DNA of 64,000 bases from a bacterium (GTDB lineage: Bacteria > Electryoneota > Electryoneia > Electryoneales > Electryoneaceae). The stretch covers positions 2,912,001-2,976,000 of the forward strand of contig OY769902.1 of NCBI GenBank assembly GCA_963669175.1, written 5' to 3'. Below are positions 39,028 to 49,599 of the stretch, piece after piece. Position numbers and translations under genes: made by a program. The notes under the pieces were generated by a model that had not been told where the DNA came from, did not search any database, and saw nothing but the letters and a program-made list of their open reading frames with translations. Numbering within the stretch: position 1 is the first letter of the stretch; every line of letters begins with the position of its first letter.

Positions 39028-39409
39028 GTATGTTTCCAGTGGAACGATCCATCCGGATCAGGCCACAATTGAATCGCTGGTATGGATGCGAGAAGCTGTT
39101 CATCAATGTGCGATAAGAGCCTGATATCCAGATAAATGTTCGCGATTTTGTAATCGTTCCAATGTTGGAAGTGTTTGTGGCATCTGCAAGCGTGAAATCC
39201 AGTAAAAATGGCTCCACTAGTGGAAAGCATCTCATATTTCAGGAGACTAACGGTTCCGACTAAAATTCAGATACACAACGCATTCAGTTCGAATCAGTCA
39301 TCGAAGTACTTGTGATATTAAGTATTCATGTTTTGCGGTGTATTGCAGCCTTTCGTACATTGCACCTGTCAGTTGTGTCACGGGGAATTCAGAGCCAGGG
39401 AAAGCGCCA

Positions 39410-42400
39410 ATGTATGTCATGGTCCAGGAACAGGCAGGCAGGGAAGGACTCTTTAATCTTTTATCAGGTTCAAGAGAGTATGATAATGTTGTGCTATTTC
39501 AGGAGTTCCCTGAAGGCATGCCCTTGTTCAATGAAGATCCGTACAAGGTTGTGTTTCTTGCCTTTGAACCACCCTACGAAGACTCGCTTGAAATCATTCG
39601 AAAACTGCTGGAGTTCAAGCCTGGCGTTGCTATTGTTCTGGTCACTACTGAAGATTGTCCTGCCAGAGTCATTGTAAAGGCGATGTCTGAAGGCGCTTGT
39701 TCAATCCTGTTCCGACCGGTTAAAGAGCAGGACGTTTCAGAGCTGGCATCCGTAATACGCAAATGGCACAAACATCATGAAACAACCAATGAGGTGCAGG
39801 GAAGACTGGAAGCTCTGATCGATACCAGCCCGAACCTGTTTATCATGATTGATAATGATAACAGGTTTTTGTACGCCAACAGCGCATTGACCGATTATTT
39901 TGACTTGCGTGTTGATCAGGTCTTCGGGATGAATTTCGATGATTTTATCGAGCAAACAGCAGATTATTTTGAATCCCCGGAATTGTACCGTCGCATTTTA
40001 CGCCAGGAAGATCTTTCCCAATTCGAACGATCTGCGACAGATGTGATTGAATTGACTCGTTCGGGTATCCAGAAGATACGTCCGAGCAGGCAAGTCCTGA
40101 CATTCATTCCCGCCCCCATTGAGTCGCGATCAGGCGAACTGCTCGGGACTGTATGGTCCTTCATCGATGTGACTGAAATCAGGAAGAGTACTGAACTGCT
40201 GCGGACAATGGTTGAGTTTTCACCTATCCCGGCTGTTGTAAGCAGGCTGGAAGATGGCGCAATTCTTTTCGCAAATGAGCCGCTTGCCAACCTGATAGGG
40301 GTTCCTGCCGATAAGATTATCGGCCAGAAAACTCCAGACTATTACACAGATGAGCGAACACGTGATCGCATCAAGAAGATCCTGCTGGAGAAAGGCAATG
40401 TTCGAAATTATGAAGTACAACTAAACAGGGCTGATGGTAAAACCTTATGGATGATCTTCAACCTGGTGAAGGCTGACCTTAATGGCGAAGAGGTCATTAT
40501 TGGTTCCCTTTTCAACATTGAAGAGAGGAAAAGAGCAGAGGACGAGCTTCGCTGGGAGAGAAACTTTGTCAATGCGGTTGTCGATACTGCGGCAGCGTTG
40601 ATTGTGGTTATGGATCAGACTGGTAATGTTATTCGCTTCAATCGAACATGTGAAATAATAAGTGGTTATTCGGCAGAGGAAGTTGTTGGGCGTGAGTTCT
40701 TTGATCTGCTTTTGCCGAAAGAAGAGGTGAAAGACGTCCGCAGGCGCTTCCTGGAAATCGTAGAGGGGCAGGTTCCGAAGTTTGGTGAAAACCACTGGAT
40801 TACGCGTGATGGTGAAGAACGGCTGATATCCTGGTCCAACACGGTTATCAGTGATACACAGGGTATGGGAACTTTTATTGTCGCTATTGGCATTGATATT
40901 ACAGAAGCGCGGATAGCAGAAGAGCGCTTGCGATTATATCACCGGATTTTCCAGGCGGCGAATGACGGCATCATGATCGCAGATGCAACCGGGAATGTAC
41001 TTGAGATTAATCCTTCCCAGCGTGAAAGAATGGGCGATATCACCAAGAAAAAAAATCTTCATGAGAAACTGGATACTGAATCTTACCTTGCTTTGCATGA
41101 TGCCATTGAGAAAGAGGGTGAGTTTCATAACGAGTTGAAGATCAAAACAGATGAAGGTTGTGAAGCGACCATAGACCTGTCCCTGTTTCCGATCCATGAC
41201 GATGAAGGTGAAGTGCAGTATTATGTCGGAATGGGGCGTGATATTACCCAACGTCGCAAGGATCAGGAAACGATTGCCATGCGGCTTCGTTATGAGATCG
41301 GGCTGGCCGGATGCTCGCAGACACTGCTGGAAACGGGTGAATTCAGACCGGTTCTGACAAGAGCAATCCAGCATCTGAAATCTCCCACACAGGTTGATCG
41401 AGTTCTCCTGCAATTGTTTGCACAGGCTGATAGCAGTCCATTGGCGCCAGATTCGCCTATCTTAATTGGTGATGTGGATACGCTGCCAGATCACGGGGCA
41501 GAAATTGTCCAATTTGAAAATCCGGAAATGGAAAACTGTGCTGCACTACTATCACAGAAGAAACCGGTTTTCAAAACCAAAGATGATTCTCCGGCAGAAT
41601 GCGCTGCTTTGTTGAGTGAGAACATCCAGTCTGTTCTTCTTCTTCCCATTTTTGTGGATGAAAAATGGGTGGGTGTTTTACGATTTGAGGATCAAAACCC
41701 GGATGCGGTATGGGGTGATGAAGAGCTTCGTATGCTTCAGACTGCAGCGCAGATGATCGGTGGCTACCTGGCTCGTAGAAAAGCTATTAACGCTCTCCAG
41801 TTCAGTGAGAAGAGGTTCAGAACCCTTGTTGAAAATATCAAGGATCTGATTTTCTCGCTGGATGCAGAGGGAAGAATATCTTATCTGTCGCCCCAATTCG
41901 AAGTTCTGACCGGCTTCAAGGTTGAAGACTATATCGGTAAAAGCAGCGGTGATATGTTACCCGATAAAATGCACAAGGAAACACACCTGGCCTGGATACA
42001 ATTGGGAGCCGGGCTTTCCGGGATTCCGGACGAGAACTTCGAGTTCAAGCTTGCCACAGCTTCAGGTGAAGAAAAGTGGTTTGTCTCGCATTCTTCTACC
42101 CTGGTGGACAAAGATGGCAAAGTGCTGGAGATTATCGGCGCGGCACATGAAATCACCACACTGAAGAAAATGATGGAAGATCTAGAGAAAGCGAACCTTC
42201 ACTTGCGTGAAACCCAGGGCCAGCTTGTCCAATCGGAAAAGATGGCTTCTTTGGGGATGCTTGTCGCCGGAATCGCCCATGAGATCAATACGCCGATCGG
42301 GGCGGTCAGCAGTATGCACAACACGCTTATGCTGGCGTTGGATAAACTGAAGGATGCCCTGGAAGAGGTCAGTAGTCAGGACGATAAACTGGCCAAGACT

Positions 42401-42982
42401 ATCCGTACCATGATGCGTGTCATCGAAGATGCCAATAATGTTATTCACAATGGCACGGAACGGGTTACTACGATTGTCCGGCGTTTACGATCCTTCGCAC
42501 GTCTTGATGAAGCGGAACTGAAAGAGTGCAACATCCATGAAGGACTGGAGGATACACTGACCCTGGTCCATCATGAGATCAAGCATAATATCACTGTGAA
42601 CCGTGAGTTCGGTGATTTGCCGGAGCTGGCCTGTTTCCCTGGACAGATGAACCAGGTTTTCCTCAATATCCTGATCAATGCCAAGCAGGCGATCAAAGGC
42701 AAGGGTGAAATCACCATCAAGACCTGGACAGAGGGGAAACGCGCTTTCATTTCCTTTACCGACACTGGCGTAGGAATTGACACAAAGAACCTGGCCAAGA
42801 TTTTCGATCCCGGCTTCACAACCAAAGGCGTGGGCGTGGGAACAGGATTGGGGCTGTCCATTTGTTACCAGATCATGCGTGACCATCATGGCATGATTAC
42901 CGTGTCAAGTGAAGTAGGAAAGGGAACCACATTCACCTTGATGCTCCCAACCAACCTGGATGAAATCCTGGAAAATACCTGA
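39410..42982 (+). CDS. Cytoplasmic multi-PAS/GAF sensor histidine kinase with degenerate N-terminal receiver
   Basis: About 5 PAS domains, GAF, H-box AHEINTP, NILINA, DTGVG and GTGLGL. Start uncertain (39338 or 39410). Confidence 0.88.
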   Translation: MYVMVQEQAGREGLFNLLSGSREYDNVVLFQEFPEGMPLFNEDPYKVVFLAFEPPYEDSLEIIRKLLEFKPGVAIVLVTTEDCPARVIVKAMSEGACSILFRPVKEQDVSELASVIRKWHKHHETTNEVQGRLEALIDTSPNLFIMIDNDNRFLYANSALTDYFDLRVDQVFGMNFDDFIEQTADYFESPELYRRILRQEDLSQFERSATDVIELTRSGIQKIRPSRQVLTFIPAPIESRSGELLGTVWSFIDVTEIRKSTELLRTMVEFSPIPAVVSRLEDGAILFANEPLANLIGVPADKIIGQKTPDYYTDERTRDRIKKILLEKGNVRNYEVQLNRADGKTLWMIFNLVKADLNGEEVIIGSLFNIEERKRAEDELRWERNFVNAVVDTAAALIVVMDQTGNVIRFNRTCEIISGYSAEEVVGREFFDLLLPKEEVKDVRRRFLEIVEGQVPKFGENHWITRDGEERLISWSNTVISDTQGMGTFIVAIGIDITEARIAEERLRLYHRIFQAANDGIMIADATGNVLEINPSQRERMGDITKKKNLHEKLDTESYLALHDAIEKEGEFHNELKIKTDEGCEATIDLSLFPIHDDEGEVQYYVGMGRDITQRRKDQETIAMRLRYEIGLAGCSQTLLETGEFRPVLTRAIQHLKSPTQVDRVLLQLFAQADSSPLAPDSPILIGDVDTLPDHGAEIVQFENPEMENCAALLSQKKPVFKTKDDSPAECAALLSENIQSVLLLPIFVDEKWVGVLRFEDQNPDAVWGDEELRMLQTAAQMIGGYLARRKAINALQFSEKRFRTLVENIKDLIFSLDAEGRISYLSPQFEVLTGFKVEDYIGKSSGDMLPDKMHKETHLAWIQLGAGLSGIPDENFEFKLATASGEEKWFVSHSSTLVDKDGKVLEIIGAAHEITTLKKMMEDLEKANLHLRETQGQLVQSEKMASLGMLVAGIAHEINTPIGAVSSMHNTLMLALDKLKDALEEVSSQDDKLAKTIRTMMRVIEDANNVIHNGTERVTTIVRRLRSFARLDEAELKECNIHEGLEDTLTLVHHEIKHNITVNREFGDLPELACFPGQMNQVFLNILINAKQAIKGKGEITIKTWTEGKRAFISFTDTGVGIDTKNLAKIFDPGFTTKGVGVGTGLGLSICYQIMRDHHGMITVSSEVGKGTTFTLMLPTNLDEILENT

Positions 42983-43012
42983 TTTTGCAGGTTAGCAGGT
43001 AGTTGTATTGCT

Positions 43013-43305
43013 GTTCTGGATTGTATTCCGTCATAATGGAGATTGTCGGGAAAAGGGGACGGGATCCTTTTCCTCACGCTTATACAGAATATTTCTGAAG
43101 TATTTCTGGAAAAGGAAACTGTCCCCTTTTCCGTGTAAGTCCTGCCTGCTCTAAAGAAAAAGGTTACAGCCACCTTTTCCGGTCCATGCTCACAGCGGGA
43201 AGGCTTTGCCCCAGGGAAAGGAAATTGTCCCCTTTTTCCATCTCCTTTTTTCCAACTAAATAATTGATCTTTCGCTGATATGCTACATGACCATATGACG
43301 GATTA
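43013..43305. repeat. REP-like repeat family B copy 2
   Basis: Similar to 21091-21335; shares the tail TGATCTTTC.CTGATATGCTACATGACCATATGACGGATTA with copy 3. Confidence 0.85.
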
Positions 43306-43484
43306 ATCATGGGAATGGCTTTGGTAAATCCCGAAAGTCCCTGCTGAAGCAGGCTGATTACTATTCAAATCAGCAAAAACTCTTGGAACTACTATATTCA
43401 TCTGAAGGCCCCAAGTACCCTCGAATACTGCATCTCGTGTATTGCTAGAAGCCATTTTCCATATCCAATCCTTATATTGTTGAC

Positions 43485-45554
43485 TTGAAAGGGGTTGGAA
43501 ACGTGGAAACCGAAAACTCGGAATATGACTTTCGAAACCAGGGGCGTTCCCCGGCAAAGCTGAGCGGCGTCCTTCTTGCCGGGTTTGCTGTCCCTTATCT
43601 GATCAGTGGAATTCTAAACACCTTCATTGTAGCCCATTGGAATACTTACACAATTATTACCGTTGCCCTGACTTCGCTATTCTTTCTTCTTTCCGGATGC
43701 CTTGTCCCAAAATCCCCTGTGCTGGGTAGAGTTGTTGGCATCGCAGGTTTGGCGGGAGTGGTTGCCCTGTCAATCGGGCATCTGCTGATAAGTCCCGGAC
43801 TATCGCTGGCGCTGGCAATCGTTGTCGTAGGATCGATAGCTCATTTTGTCAGCGCCACAACGAAACCTGCTCCGATACAACATGACGCTGATTTTGTCTA
43901 CTTCCGTGTACGGAGTGCGATCTTGACAACAATCGGGATCGGGTTGTTTTCCGTGATGTTCCTGGCCTGTTGTTACCTGGCGTCTTTGATACCGGTATTG
44001 ATCAGTACCGCTGTGGTTTACCTGCTGATACTGCACTCGTTGATAAGGAAATCCGGCGAACGCAATGGGCGATGGTATTTTCTTGTTATCAGTCTTGTCG
44101 TTGCGTCAATAACAGGATCATTCTTCTTGTCGTTCCCCGTTGTTGCGCTGAGTATATTTCAAGTTCCATTGTTTGCTTATTTCCTGTTGGAACGAGTTCC
44201 AGCCAGGATGCAAATATCGCATTCGTGGTGGGAGCCTGTGTTTGAACGTCCGGGCAGGTTGCTGATCGGGACGTTTGCGGTTCTTTGTTTCGTTGGGGCA
44301 ATCCTGTTGAATCTTCCTGCGGCTTCGGCGCACAATGAAGAGATTCATATTCTTGATGCTGTTTTTACTGCGGTTAGCGCTGTATGCGTTACAGGCCTGA
44401 TTGTTCTGGACACTCCGCATGACTTCTCCCTGTTCGGACAGGTGATTATCCTGATCCTGATTCAGATTGGCGGCTTGGGAATTATGACGTTTTCCACTGC
44501 GGCGATTCGCGCATTGGGGAAGAGGATGGGGGTCAGGTATGAGGCTGCTGTCGCCAGCCTGATCAGCCAGCAGGATCGAAGCAAGCTGTACAGCGCGGCC
44601 AAGACGATTATACTCCTGACGTTCCTGTCCGAGTTCGTTGGAGCGCTTCTCCTGGCTATTGGTTTCCTCGTAGAAGGGGATACGGTATTACAAGCGGTTT
44701 GGCGCGGGTTATTCACCTCCGTTTCCGCTTTTTGTAACGCAGGATTCGCACTGCAATCGGATAGCCTCATCCCATACAACACCAATCCGCTGATTCTGCA
44801 AACCGTTAGCGTCCTGATTATTCTTGGGGGGCTTTCGCCAGTGGCTGTAGTGGCTATCCCGGCATTGGTATCAAGGCATCGGCACCAGGTATCCGTGCAG
44901 GCAAAACTGGCGCTTGTTGTATCCCTGATTTTACTCGTGGCCGGATTCTTCTTCTTTTTTATGGTTGAGTATGCCAACACGCTGTCCGGATTACCGCTGT
45001 TACAGAAAATCGGGAACGCCTGGTTTCAATCGGTGACACTCAGAACGGCGGGATTCAATTCAATTGACATCGCCAAAACCTATCCGGCCACGCAGTTCAT
45101 CATGATGATCTGGATGTTCATCGGTGGTAGTCCGGGCGGTACCGCGGGCGGGATAAAAACGACTACCATTGCTGTTGTCCTGCTGGCTGCAATCAACGCG
45201 GCTCGTGGACGAAGCGCGATAAACATTTTCCGTAAACGAATTCCCCTACAGACATTATATAAAGCTCTGGCCATAACCACGCTGGGGAGTCTGGGAGTGA
45301 TCGCGGGTATAATAGCAATGCAGGTTACGCAACCCATTCCGGCCCACGCGATTGTGTTTGAGGTTCTTTCTGCAACAGGAACCGTAGGCCTGACTGTTGG
45401 TGCAACATCACAGTTGGATGGAATCGGAAAGATTATCATTATTGCCTGTATGTTTGTGGGACGTGTCGGCACGCTGACATTCTTTGTCTTTCTGACCGAC
45501 CGTGTAAGCCCAAAAGTGTTGAAACGTCCGGAAGAAGAAGTGGACGTTGGGTAG
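43485..45554 (+). CDS. Trk/Ktr K+ transporter membrane subunit (TrkH/KtrB) with extra N-terminal TM region
   Basis: AVSAVCVTGL, SAFCNAGF, LRTAGFN, GGSPGGTAGGIK and SATGTVGLT. Start uncertain. Confidence 0.9.
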   Translation: MKGVGNVETENSEYDFRNQGRSPAKLSGVLLAGFAVPYLISGILNTFIVAHWNTYTIITVALTSLFFLLSGCLVPKSPVLGRVVGIAGLAGVVALSIGHLLISPGLSLALAIVVVGSIAHFVSATTKPAPIQHDADFVYFRVRSAILTTIGIGLFSVMFLACCYLASLIPVLISTAVVYLLILHSLIRKSGERNGRWYFLVISLVVASITGSFFLSFPVVALSIFQVPLFAYFLLERVPARMQISHSWWEPVFERPGRLLIGTFAVLCFVGAILLNLPAASAHNEEIHILDAVFTAVSAVCVTGLIVLDTPHDFSLFGQVIILILIQIGGLGIMTFSTAAIRALGKRMGVRYEAAVASLISQQDRSKLYSAAKTIILLTFLSEFVGALLLAIGFLVEGDTVLQAVWRGLFTSVSAFCNAGFALQSDSLIPYNTNPLILQTVSVLIILGGLSPVAVVAIPALVSRHRHQVSVQAKLALVVSLILLVAGFFFFFMVEYANTLSGLPLLQKIGNAWFQSVTLRTAGFNSIDIAKTYPATQFIMMIWMFIGGSPGGTAGGIKTTTIAVVLLAAINAARGRSAINIFRKRIPLQTLYKALAITTLGSLGVIAGIIAMQVTQPIPAHAIVFEVLSATGTVGLTVGATSQLDGIGKIIIIACMFVGRVGTLTFFVFLTDRVSPKVLKRPEEEVDVG

Positions 45555-45570
45555 AGAGTGGGGTGTTGTG

Positions 45571-46230
45571 ATGAAAAAACAGGCTATTGTCATAGGCTTG
45601 GGCAACTTCGGGATGTCGTTGGCACGTTCGCTGTCCGAGCGTGGTGTGGAAGTGCTGGCGATTGACGACCGTGAAGATCATGTTCATATCGCTGCGGGGT
45701 TTGTCGCGGAGGCGCTGTGTTTTGATGCCACAGAGGAGGAAGCGCTTGCGAAAACACTGCCCGGCAAACGTGATGTCTGTATCTGCGCGATGGGCAATGA
45801 ATCCCGGGAAGCATCGATTATCTGCACTGCACTGCTGCGTCAACTTGGCGCTTTACGTGTAATAGCACGAGCCAATGACATGGTCCATGCACGTATCCTG
45901 ACCCTGGTCGGGGCGCACCGAATTATTAACCCTGAAAAAGAGTTCGGGGAACGCTTTGCCAACCAGATTATCTACGATAATATCAAGGCGGAAATGACAC
46001 TCGGAGAAGGGATTCTGATCACAGAGGCAAAAGCGCCCAGCTCTTTCATTGGCAAAGATCTGAACCACCTCCAGTTACCTAACCGGTTTAACCTGACTGT
46101 GGTAGCGGTAAGACGTGCCAAATCCGGTGAAGTGATCCTGCCCAGTCCTAAACTTGTCATCGAAGAAGATGATTTTCTTGTTGTGGTATCCAAGGAAGGC
46201 GCTGTGCTTGAAATGATGGCAAGGAGCTGA
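45571..46230 (+). CDS. TrkA/KtrA RCK regulatory subunit
   Basis: VIGLGNFG nucleotide-binding motif, IINPE and TrkA-C domain. Confidence 0.9.
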   Translation: MKKQAIVIGLGNFGMSLARSLSERGVEVLAIDDREDHVHIAAGFVAEALCFDATEEEALAKTLPGKRDVCICAMGNESREASIICTALLRQLGALRVIARANDMVHARILTLVGAHRIINPEKEFGERFANQIIYDNIKAEMTLGEGILITEAKAPSSFIGKDLNHLQLPNRFNLTVVAVRRAKSGEVILPSPKLVIEEDDFLVVVSKEGAVLEMMARS

Positions 46231-46232
46231 TC

Positions 46233-46922
46233 ATGCGAATTCAACAATATCTGAACCTGATTGTCGGCTCGCTGGTGCTACTGAACATTTTACTGGCATT
46301 TGGTGCGATCGGCCTGCTGGTACGTATGGAACCGGCCATCGAAAGAATTCTTGAAGAGAATGTCTATTCTACTGTCGCTGCTGAAGAAATCCTTGCGGAA
46401 ATCGCTGCGCAAGAAGGAAACGAGTTTTCCGTATCCAGCCTTGAACGAATAGATAATGCCTTGAACCGTGCGAAAGTGAATATCACCGAAGATGATGAGA
46501 TCCCGGTTCTGGACCGCATCGAAAAAAACCTGGAAGCCTATCAGAATAGTAAACCCCAGGCAAGGAGAGCTCTAATAGATGACCTGTTATTACTAATAGA
46601 AATCAACAGGAAGGCGATGCACCGTGTTGACCAGGACGCGAAAAGACTTAGTATGGCCGGCGCCTGGGCAGCGGCGTTCATCGGCTTTGTGTCTTTTGTC
46701 GTAAGTCTGCTAATTATCAGGCAACTGCGGATTCGGATCGTTTCCCCGATTGTTGAACTTTATACCGTGCTGGAAAGCAATCGACGTGGTGATCATTTTC
46801 GCCGGTGTAACTCAAAGCAGGCTTCACCTGAAATCCAGCAGATTCACTATTCCATCAACAGGTTGCTGGACGAGAGGATTGCTTTCGAGCGACCGGAGGA
46901 AATCGGAAAAGGAGTGGAATGA
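46233..46922 (+). CDS. Two-TM four-helix-bundle sensor-like membrane protein with HAMP-like end and no output domain
   Basis: TM-periplasmic helical domain-TM-IVSPIVEL...EIQQI...NRLL; 2 bp after trkA. Confidence 0.65.
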   Translation: MRIQQYLNLIVGSLVLLNILLAFGAIGLLVRMEPAIERILEENVYSTVAAEEILAEIAAQEGNEFSVSSLERIDNALNRAKVNITEDDEIPVLDRIEKNLEAYQNSKPQARRALIDDLLLLIEINRKAMHRVDQDAKRLSMAGAWAAAFIGFVSFVVSLLIIRQLRIRIVSPIVELYTVLESNRRGDHFRRCNSKQASPEIQQIHYSINRLLDERIAFERPEEIGKGVE

Positions 46923-46944
46923 CAGGGCATAACTTGCCAGGGTA

Positions 46945-47307
46945 TCACCGTGGACGAAATGCGTCAATCATGTGTGTGACAACAGGTTCAGGTTCCATTA
47001 CAACCAGGCAGATATCATAACGCAGGGTTGGAAGCGGTTCGGGAAGACGGTTTAACAGGACATTCCCCAGGCGGATCAGTTGTTTTTGCTTGGATGGGGG
47101 AACACGGTCGAATCTATCCAGGCTTTCCCGATTGGAGACAGTGCGCACTTCAACAATGACCAGTTCGTCACCGTCACGCATCAACAGGTCAATCTCGCCC
47201 TGTTTGAATCGAAGGTTACGTTCCAGCAGTTTCATCTTTGCCTTCTTACGAAGGTATTTCTCTGCCAGTTTTTCGCCCTTCTGACCGATGTTTTTTCGTT
47301 CGTCCAC
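46945..47307 (-). CDS. yraN: YraN/UPF0102 family protein
   Basis: GQKGEKLA.KYL, ERN, GEIDL, VEVR and RYD. Confidence 0.9.
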   Translation of the reverse strand: MDERKNIGQKGEKLAEKYLRKKAKMKLLERNLRFKQGEIDLLMRDGDELVIVEVRTVSNRESLDRFDRVPPSKQKQLIRLGNVLLNRLPEPLPTLRYDICLVVMEPEPVVTHMIDAFRPR

Positions 47308-47364
47308 GTTTTATATCCGTTGGATGTTAAGAACCTTGGATGATCTTCCTGAACCCGAAATGGT

Positions 47365-47452
47365 GCCACCTCTTCAGGGTGGAGGTTACAAGATTATTCC
47401 GTTTCCCGTGGCTTACGCCACGCGCTATTCATGTGTCGCCCCTTCGGGGCTT
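47365..47452. repeat. REP/BIME-like palindromes
   Basis: CCACC-TCTTCA-GGGTGG, CCGTGGC-TTAC-GCCACG and GCCCC-TTC-GGGGC; related to the palindromes at 37331-37378. Confidence 0.6.
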
Positions 47453-47657
47453 TTAAGATGGTTTAAATAATATTTAAATAAAATAATATTGATGGTAAGT
47501 AGTATAATAAGTGATATAATATATGGTACGATATTTGATATAATATGTGGTAATAGTAATTGTAATATAATATTATTTTTGTAATATAATGTGTAAATAT
47601 TTAATGGTATCTATTGCATAGTAATAGGGGTACTCAATAGATTATAATTCTTATAAT

Positions 47658-49120
47658 GCTCGGTTTTGCTCATTTTAGCGGATCAAGCGGCTTTGTGAAT
47701 AAGGAATTTAAGGATATTGCTTTTCTTTTTTAAGAATCCGCGTGGCTGCTTGCATTCGGGAAAAATCGCCTGCATCCACAATTCAGCACGCAATGCCTGA
47801 TGCACGTCTGAGAAACTGGGTTCCAGTTTTGTGTACCACTCTGTTTGCGCAACAGCTTTCTGCTCTGGCTGCTGACTATACCAAACAACCATCAGACTGA
47901 ACAAGCCAAACAGCAGGGGCACTGTTCTTTGAATCGATTTTTTTGACCAGTTTTCTGTCGTTTCGATACGCAGATGTTTCCGTGACTCTTCAAACGTGGT
48001 TTCCAACGCCCATCGTCGTACATATGAGCTGACAACCTGGGCCGGGGTTAAGTCTGTTTTGGATGTAGATAAGACAATGTCCTTGTTTTTGCCGTCGGGA
48101 TCACGCGCCACCACCCAGCGTATCAGGACAACATCTTCCCCGGAACGGTACCAGCAGCCAACACCGGAAAGCAGCAACAGGTCTTTTGTCTTGTTCCCAT
48201 ACCAGAGGCAAGACGCTTTTTCCCAGGCAGCATCCGGCTTTTTCGCCTCTTGTCCCGGTGCGGGCAAACGGTCACCGACTTTGCGCGGACGTCCACGTTT
48301 CCCGTTCGGTGGAGGCGGCGGATCATGCAGCACCGTATCCATACGCGAATGCCCGATGATAGCAAGACGGTTCTCTTTCGCCACGAAACGGTGAAGTTCG
48401 TGGGAGTTCAACGTACCGTCGGCAAGGATAAGGAAACGGCGGTCCGGGAACCATCGAAGCAGCAGACGCGCCCCGAGAATGATCAGGTGTACAGGACTGC
48501 GGTACTTCGATTCCGGAACACGCTTTTTGGCGATCTCCGGAAACACGAATACAGGAAGCGCCCAGATCTGCGAACGATAACGGGTGCGCAAACCAATCGA
48601 AATCACCATCCATTGAAGACCGCGAGCATAAACGACTTTTGTCCCTGCTTTGCCCGAACGGACGGGATCGCGGTGAACGGATATCTGGTAAACATGCTTT
48701 CCCCAACGACGGATCAGGGTATCATCCACGATCAGAAGGATCGGATCACGTTCGGCAATCTGATCAAGTATCAAAGAGCAGAGAATCTTTGCCAGTTTCA
48801 GGGCGGACCAGTTGGCAGACGAAAGAAAATGGTGATAACAAGACCAACTCTTCGCTACCGGTCCGGGAAATACACGTAATAACTGACAGACTGTCTGACG
48901 ACCGAAATTCAATACAGCGCCGATAGCCAACAGTACAAAATTCTCATAAACAGGCTTCCGAAACACCGGACGAAAACTTGCAAGTAACTCAAAAAATGAC
49001 GATGTTATGACAGGCATGGTTATCTCCTTTACAACTGAAGAGATTTGGCGTCTTCTTGGTTGTAAAATGAACCATGCCTTTTACTTTTTGCAAGACCTGA
49101 GTAATTCAACAAAACCGAGT
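47658..49120 (-). mobile_element. IS701-family insertion sequence
   Basis: TIRs GCTCGGTTTTGCTCA / (reverse complement) ACTCGGTTTTGTTGA; ATAAT duplicated at 47653-47657 and 49121-49125. Confidence 0.85.
47683..49017 (-). CDS. IS701-family DDE transposase
   Basis: LLIVDDT, HRDPVRS, ILADG, GRPRK.G and YVRRWALETTFEE; ORF intact. Confidence 0.9.
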   Translation of the reverse strand: MPVITSSFFELLASFRPVFRKPVYENFVLLAIGAVLNFGRQTVCQLLRVFPGPVAKSWSCYHHFLSSANWSALKLAKILCSLILDQIAERDPILLIVDDTLIRRWGKHVYQISVHRDPVRSGKAGTKVVYARGLQWMVISIGLRTRYRSQIWALPVFVFPEIAKKRVPESKYRSPVHLIILGARLLLRWFPDRRFLILADGTLNSHELHRFVAKENRLAIIGHSRMDTVLHDPPPPPNGKRGRPRKVGDRLPAPGQEAKKPDAAWEKASCLWYGNKTKDLLLLSGVGCWYRSGEDVVLIRWVVARDPDGKNKDIVLSTSKTDLTPAQVVSSYVRRWALETTFEESRKHLRIETTENWSKKSIQRTVPLLFGLFSLMVVWYSQQPEQKAVAQTEWYTKLEPSFSDVHQALRAELWMQAIFPECKQPRGFLKKKSNILKFLIHKAA

Positions 49121-49121
49121 A

Positions 49122-49500
49122 TAATGGTTCCCGAAAGTATTTGCTGATTCAACAATTATCAGCCTGCTTCAGCAGGCTCCTCTTAGCACCCGGCTTCAGC
49201 CGGGGTGTAAAGGTGATGGCAATCATTCTGAGCGCGCTTTAGCGTGCTTGCCTGTTACAAATTCTGGGGCCGGAAAGCACCCTGAAGGGCGCTCACCACT
49301 TCTTTATAACCATGAACACCCCGGCTGAAGCCGGGTGCTAAAAAGAGCAGGCTAAAGCCTGCTAAAACTACCAGATAGCAGATTGAAGCAATTACAGTCC
49401 AGTAAAGCCTCCATTTGGGAGGAGTTTCACTATGACAAGTATGCGAACAACAGAAACCCTACAACCAGTTTGAAACAGCAAGAATTTTCGAGAAACCCTA
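49122..49500. mobile_element. MITE family A copy 2 (complete, empty of the Tn5-like insertion)
   Basis: Imperfect ~29-bp TIRs TAATGGTTCCCGAAAGTATTTGCTGATTC versus (reverse complement) TAGGGTTTCTCGAAAATTCTTGCTGTTTC; internal CCGGCTTCAGCCGG/CCTGC-TTCA-GCAGG palindromes. Confidence 0.75.
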
Positions 49501-49501
49501 A

Positions 49502-49599
49502 AATTTTTAATTTTTAATTCTTAATTCTTAATTCTTAATTCTTAATTCTTAATTCTTAATTCTTAATTCTTAATTCCTAATTCCTAATTCCTAATTCTT
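49502..49599. repeat. Heptamer tandem repeat (AATTCTT-type, 14 units)
   Basis: AATTTTT x2, AATTCTT x8, AATTCCT x3, AATTCTT x1; runs into the pgpA stop codon. Confidence 0.95.
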
